Source: Octopus vulgaris (taxonomy: Eukaryota). From it: a DNA stretch of 64,000 nucleotides. Location of the stretch: NCBI GenBank assembly GCA_951406725.2, contig OX597826.1, forward strand, positions 15,004,001 through 15,068,000. Reading direction: 5' to 3'. The translations under genes and the position numbers were made by a program. Below are positions 57,945 to 64,000 of the stretch, piece by piece; position 1 is the stretch's first letter, and each line of letters begins with the position of its first letter. The notes under the pieces were generated by a model, which ran no database searches, had not been told where the DNA came from, and saw only the letters and a program-made list of their open reading frames with translations.

Positions 57945-58365
57945 AGAGACGGTGGCTCTTGACCGATGGCACCGCTACCTCCCCCAGGCACTTGAAGCAA
58001 GCCTCAGTTTCGAATCTGAGGATGTGTGGGAAGTTGAATGGAGGCACAACGTCGTCATCACTTGCGATTATTCCAAACACCATGATATTGACTGGATGGT
58101 TGATTTTTATCACTCCCGTTACATGTCTTCAGATTGCACTCTCCTCGCATTGATACCCAAACACTCTGAAATGTTCGTGTTGGAGCTTCCGGCGCGAATG
58201 CCAAGCAGTACAGCATGTCTTTTCGAAATTGCGTCATGGTGCTGTTTGTCTCACAGGCAGTGCCCAACTGACCCTACTATACTGTGTAGTTGATAAAACT
58301 AAGAACAATGCACATATGCGAAATTAAAAATAGCAAATGGTGATTATTTACCCATCGCATCCTAC
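57945..58365 (-). mobile_element. Internally deleted Tc1/mariner (maT/DD37D-like) transposase remnant
   Basis: KRHAVLLGIRAGSSNTNISECLG (N-terminal HTH) joined to NHPVNIMVFGIIASDDDVVPPF (catalytic-domain-like). Confidence 0.6.
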
Positions 58366-58465
58366 ACACACACACACACACACATGTCTGTATGTATGAT
58401 ATTATGTATATGTGTGTTTATTTATGTATAGTGTATGTATGTATGTATGTATGTATGTATGTATG

Positions 58466-58501
<36 letters not shown>

Positions 58502-58548
58502 TATAAGCGAATGTATATGTATATATGTATATAATGTATGTTTGTATG

Positions 58549-58598
<50 letters not shown>

Positions 58599-59107
58599 CA
58601 TACATTCGTATATACATACATACGTATATACGTGCATGCATACATACATACATACATACATACATACATACATACAGGCATACACACAATAGAACTATCG
58701 GCTTTGTTTCATTATTATTATTATCACTAGACTGTGACTTTGTAATCCTTAACTCGTGTCACACCTGTTGTGTTATGTCCACGGCACGTCTGGACAACCG
58801 CTAAGATACAATGATCAGCTGGATTTCGCTAATTCAGACAAGCTCAGATTATTTTATTTTATTTTTTTGAATTAACTTTTTCTTTCTTTCGTTCAAGTGA
58901 AGATCAGTAATGGTCAAGTGGGTCTAAATAACAGTAGGGTGGTCCAGGTGTTGTATGTTCTCGTCTTGCTGCTACCGACATCGTGTTTGGATGTCTCTGC
59001 AATCATTAAAAGCATCCTCATCTCTTTGCTGCACAACCGTAAGAGATAGGGTTGCAGAAATTTTCCTTGTGGTTTGCCCCATGTCATTCAGAATAATGGC
59101 ATGCGTA

Positions 59108-59315
59108 TACTCTTTTACTTGTTTCAGTCATTTGACTGCGGCCATGCTGGAGCACCGCCTTTAGTCGAGCAAATCGACCCCGGGACTTATTCTGTGTAAG
59201 CCCAGTACTTATTCTATCGGTTCTTTTGCCGAACCGCTAAGTGACGTGGACGTAAACACACCAGCATCGGTTGTCAAGCAATGCTAGGGGGACAAACACA
59301 GACACACAAACACAT

Positions 59316-59376
<61 letters not shown>

Positions 59377-60345
59377 TACGACAGGCTTCTTTCAGTTTCC
59401 GTCTACCAAATCCACTCGCAAGGCATTGGTCGGCCCGAGGCTATAGCAGACGACACTTGCCCAAGATGCCACGCAGTGGGACTGAACCAGGAACCATGTT
59501 GTTGGTTAGCAAGCTACTTACCACACAGCCACTCCTGCGCCTATATATTTATTTCTTTATTGCCCACAAGGGTCTAAACATAGAGGGAACAAACAAGGAC
59601 AGACAAAGGGCTTAAGTCGGTGACATCGACCCCAGTGCGTAACCGGTACTTAATTTATCGACCCCGAAAGGATAAAAGGCAAAGTCGACCTCAGCGGAAT
59701 TTGAACTCAGAACGTAACGGCAGACGAAATACCTATTTCTTTACTACCCACAAGGGGGTAAACACAGAGGAGACAAACAAGGACAGACAAAGGGCTTAAG
59801 TCGGTTACATCGATCCCAATGCGTAACTGGTACTTAATTTATCGACTCCGAAAGGATGAAAGGCAAAGTCGACCTCGGCGGAATTTGAACTCAGAACGTA
59901 ACGGCAGCCGAAATACCGCTAAGCATTTCGACCGACGTGCTAACGTTTCTGTCAGCTCGCTGCCGTTAGATGACATACATATATTAATGCATACATAACA
60001 TACATACATACAGTAAGCCTGGTACTTATCCTATCGTCCACTTTTGCTGAACTGCCACGTTACAGGGATGTCAACACACCAACACCGGTTGTCAAGCAGT
60101 GGTTGGGCCAAACACACACACACACGTACACATACACACACACGTAAACACACATGTACACACACACGTACACACACACACACGTATACACACACACACA
60201 CGTACACACATATACTACAGGCTTCTTTCAGTTTCCTTCTACCAATTCCTCTCAAAAGGATTTGGTCGACTTGAAGCTGTAGTAGAAGGCACGTGCCCAT
60301 GTGGTTTGGAAGCAATCTTTTTACTATACAGCCATTCCTGCGCCT
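59108..60345 (-). mobile_element. SINE cluster: A (59108-59542), tandem dimer of B (59545-59965), old A (60015-60345)
   Basis: Consensus matches. Confidence 0.85.
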
Positions 60346-60513
60346 ATAAATTATGTTTTGTGGGACTAACGATTATGGATCAACTATTTTATTCACTCAG
60401 ACTTATCTTTGAGTACATTATTCTATATGGCCTGAGACATATTCTTTTAAACTTGTCACATCTTAGAATATACATACATTCATGCATACACAGTTACATT
60501 CATGCATACACAG

Positions 60514-60568
<55 letters not shown>

Positions 60569-61179
60569 CATACATACATATACACATACATACATAGATA
60601 AATAAATACATATATGCGTGCATACATACATACATGCACATATGTGTGTGTGTAAGGGAGGAAGATAGATACATAGAGTGAGAGTGAGAGAGAGAGAGAG
60701 AGAGAGATAAAAGATGGAGAGTGGGAGAAAAGGAAAAAGAGAAAGAGATTGTGGAAATGCTTACGGTTGGAAAAATCCCTACTTTTAGAGGCCCTCCGGG
60801 CGACTGTTTTTCTCTATCGTCCTGGGTCAAACAAAGCCTTGTGATTGGATTTGACAGACTGAAACTGAAAGAAGTCCGTCGTATATACGGGATCTGATCA
60901 AAATGTATTGGGACTGGTGCTATACAACAAATGATGGCTTCAACTTGTCGGATTGAGAGCCGTCTCACGTTCAGACCGATTGATGCAATTTACTTTCATC
61001 CTTGCATGTGTGCAGATGTAACTTTTCACGGCATGCATCCATCACCGTAGGACTTTATAAAATGCCAAACGAATCAAGAAATGAAATGATGGTGAGACAT
61101 CTGTACGTCATTGGATTTAAGTGACAAAAGCTTTTAAACTGCTTTTGTTACTCTCTCGGTCGCCATAGTAGTTCTAGTG

Positions 61180-61506
61180 ACCAGCATCCGTTAGAGATAG
61201 TTGACTCACACTCGTAAGGTCCTGAGTTTGAATTCCGGTGGTACGTTGTGTATTTGAACAAGACACTTTATTTTAGGTTGCTTCAGTCCACTCAAATGGC
61301 AAAACAAAGTTGAACGTGTATTTCAAAGGGCCAGCCGTGTCACATTCTGTATCACACTGAATCTCCCAGAGAACTGCGTTAAGGGGACGCATGTCTGCGG
61401 ATTGCTTAGCCGCTTGCATGTTAATTTCCTGTGCAGTGTGTTCCGCTAACCAGATCAACTGGAACACTCGTCGTAACCGACGGAGTACCAGTTAAAGTTA
61501 AGTTAT
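61180..61506 (+). mobile_element. SINE with V-domain-like core and (GTTAA)n tail
   Basis: B-box-like GAGTTTGAATTCC; core shared with 7440-7760. Confidence 0.55.
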
Positions 61507-62936
61507 ATGCCAGAGTATGTTCTCGAAGAGGCTACCTTTGTGATAAATAACAAGCGCTCCTGGGAAATCTATTTGACCCATAAAGGAGACCCTTACAAGC
61601 ACCACCTTCTTGAGTCAGAACAGACTTAGGAGCAATAGTAATTAAGGGAGACTTCACGTTTCCCACAATACCGGAACTCCCGAACTGTCTCACCACCGGA
61701 TGCAGTTTAATGTCATACCCATAGGTATATAATCAATGTACGCATGTCATTATGTTTGTATTTCTCTGCCAACCCACAGCTCAACGATCGGTGTTGATCT
61801 GTTTACGTACCAGTAAATATGCAATTCGGCAAAAGATACCGATTAAAAAAGTACCAGGCTTCAAATATAACTACAGGGATCGATTCATGCAGCGATTATA
61901 CCCTTCAAAGCAGAGATCGAGTATTGCCCGAGATTAATGACTGAAACAGGTAAAAATAAAGCATAAAAATTAAACTGCTTGGTTAGGGCTGCCCTAAGAA
62001 TAAACAACAACACCACCAACTACAACAGCAACAACAGTGGAGGCGCAATGTCCCAGTGGTTAGGGCAGCAGACTCGCGGTCAGAGGATCGCGGTTTGATT
62101 CCCAGACCGGGCGTTGTGTGTGTTTATTGAGCGAAAACACCTAAAGCTCCACGAGCCTCCGGCAGGGAGTGGTGGCGACCCCTGTTGTACTCTTTCGCTC
62201 CAACTTTCTCTCACTCTTTTTTCCTGTTTCTTGTCCCCGACTTCCTACGCTGCCGCTGAGCCTGGATGCGCATTCATCCATGCGTCGATGCTCTCGGTGT
62301 TGGGGGTTGACCTGCTTTCTCTTCTGCGGGTCTTACGAATAGTAAAGGACCACGTTTCAGACTTCTCCCGAAGACGGCTTCGCTCAACAAACAGCAACAA
62401 GAGTTACATCCACCACGAAACTACTACAGTCAGTTCTAGACCTTACAGCCATTATCACCTTTTATACATACAATACAGCTGTCGTACAAGCAATGACAGT
62501 TATAGTCATTCTGTAGGACACCTTATCACTACGTTGGCTTAAGGCTGATAAATCTTAGATAAGCCGGTTATTAGATAAGCTAGCAGGGTAGATAAAAAGA
62601 TATTATTACATCATAACATACAATAGAATCTGTAAATAGAAAGGTCAACGAACAATGAATGACCAACATACTGTCCTCATTCACACCGTACCAATATAAG
62701 GGTGAGGGTGGACTACACGACTGAGTTATCAGGATGTATTAATGATCTTGCTTAGGTAACCTTGATAAAGTGCCCTGTGAAGTTATCCGAATGTAGACAG
62801 TTGTTACAATGTATGAATGTACTGGATATACCCGATGTGTTGTAATACTGGATTTGCATATTTCCTTTGAAGGAATGCTGTGATAGCCAAGAGTCTGAAA
62901 GGTGGATTTACCGTACGTGCAGCCTTAATTTCAATA

Positions 62937-63252
62937 AACGATAAACGTCGCCCTTTTCAAGCCTAGCCAGGCTCATGGGCCCAGTTTCCCGGTTTCTGTG
63001 GCGTATGTGTTCCACCCAGCTGGACGGGACGCCAGTCCATTGCAGCATTACTCAAGAAACATGAAGAGAGAGTGAGAGAAAGTTGTGGCGAAAGAATACA
63101 ACAGGGGTCGTCACCATCCCCTGCCGGAGCCTTGTGGAGCTTTTAGGTGCTTTCACTCAATAAACACACACAACGCCCGGTCTTGGAATCGAAACTGCGA
63201 TCCTCCGACCGCGAGTCCGCTGCCCTAACCGCTGGGCCATTGCGCCTCTACT
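62937..63252 (-). mobile_element. SINE family C, full length with 14-bp TSD
   Basis: TSD CCTTAATTTCAATA at 62923-62936 and 63253-63266. Confidence 0.85.
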
Positions 63253-63517
63253 CCTTAATTTCAATAGCGATTTAAAAAAATCAGTAATATGTTCTTCATT
63301 TTTCACGATATTTTTGGCAACGTTCCACTAGTTTGACATTGCATTGACAATAGAAATCATCGGGCGTTGACTCGAAGAATTCTTGGCGCCACGTTATCAG
63401 CCCCACATCGTTAAACGAAACGTCCCGTTGGCGGTTGGAAAGCGAGCAAAATTGATAATAATCTAAAGGTGGATATAGTGAAACTTCCCAACTAAGCTCT
63501 TGAATACGGTTTTGGTC

Positions 63518-63955
63518 CAAAATCTTCAAAGCCACAGTCGAACCAATTCTACTATGTGGCTCAGAAACCTGGACGTTATCAAAAAAGCTAGAGAGGCGGT
63601 TGGATGGAACTTACACTCGCCTCCTTATGAGAGCTCAAAATCTCTCGTGGAAGCGTCATCCAACCAAAGTACAAATATATGAGAAATTACTACCTGTATC
63701 ATCTCTTGTGAAAGGTAGAAGAGTCCAGTTTGTTGGACATTGTTGTAGAGCTGAAAACGAGGTAATTTCTACTCTTCTCCTCTGGAAGCCATCTGCTCGC
63801 GATACCAGAGGGCGCACACTCTCCTACCCTGATGTAATCTCCAGGGATACAAGCATCCAGCAAAAGGACATCCGTAATGCTATAATGGACCGTGAGGTCT
63901 GGCGTAACATAGTAAATTCCATTGTCTCGACCACGGTCGAACGATGATGATGATT
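63518..63955 (+). mobile_element. RTE-clade LINE 3' end (ORF C-terminus plus (TGA)n tail)
   Basis: KIFKATVEPILLCGSETWTL...RRVQFVGHCCR...DREVWRNIV is an RTE-type C-terminus. Confidence 0.85.
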
Positions 63956-64000
63956 TGGTCCAATTAGCGATGTAGGGAGAAGAGTTGTGTTGAAGGAGTA

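Overview
Eukaryotic, AT- and microsatellite-rich genomic DNA. The SINE families suggest an octopus or other coleoid cephalopod; this is an inference. The only credible host gene is a minus-strand 1.35-kb coding exon (44938->43591) ending in a Hox/ParaHox hexapeptide (HPFEWMR) and a phase-1 GT donor. It is most likely exon 1 of the ParaHox gene Cdx/caudal. No homeobox exon was found downstream, so intron 1 is very long or interrupted by the 100-N gap at 13427-13526. The rest is tRNA-derived SINEs (at least four families), LINE fragments (CR1-like, RTE, RLE-type), a Penelope GIY-YIG fragment, Tc1/mariner, Merlin-like, pogo-like and Helitron-like non-autonomous elements, and long (TA)n/(CA)n/(TACA)n arrays that account for most of the ORF track. 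Two observations stand out. (1) A set of short, often tail-to-tail inverted elements docked on (TA)n tracts carries type-I hammerhead ribozyme motifs with palindromic stem III, including a mirror pair at 52.7/53.2 kb and a U3-A8 core variant. (2) A roughly 400-600 nt rod-like fold-back at 2.5-3.0 kb has mismatches that are mostly G-U on one strand. All pairings and counts were made by eye and need computational confirmation.
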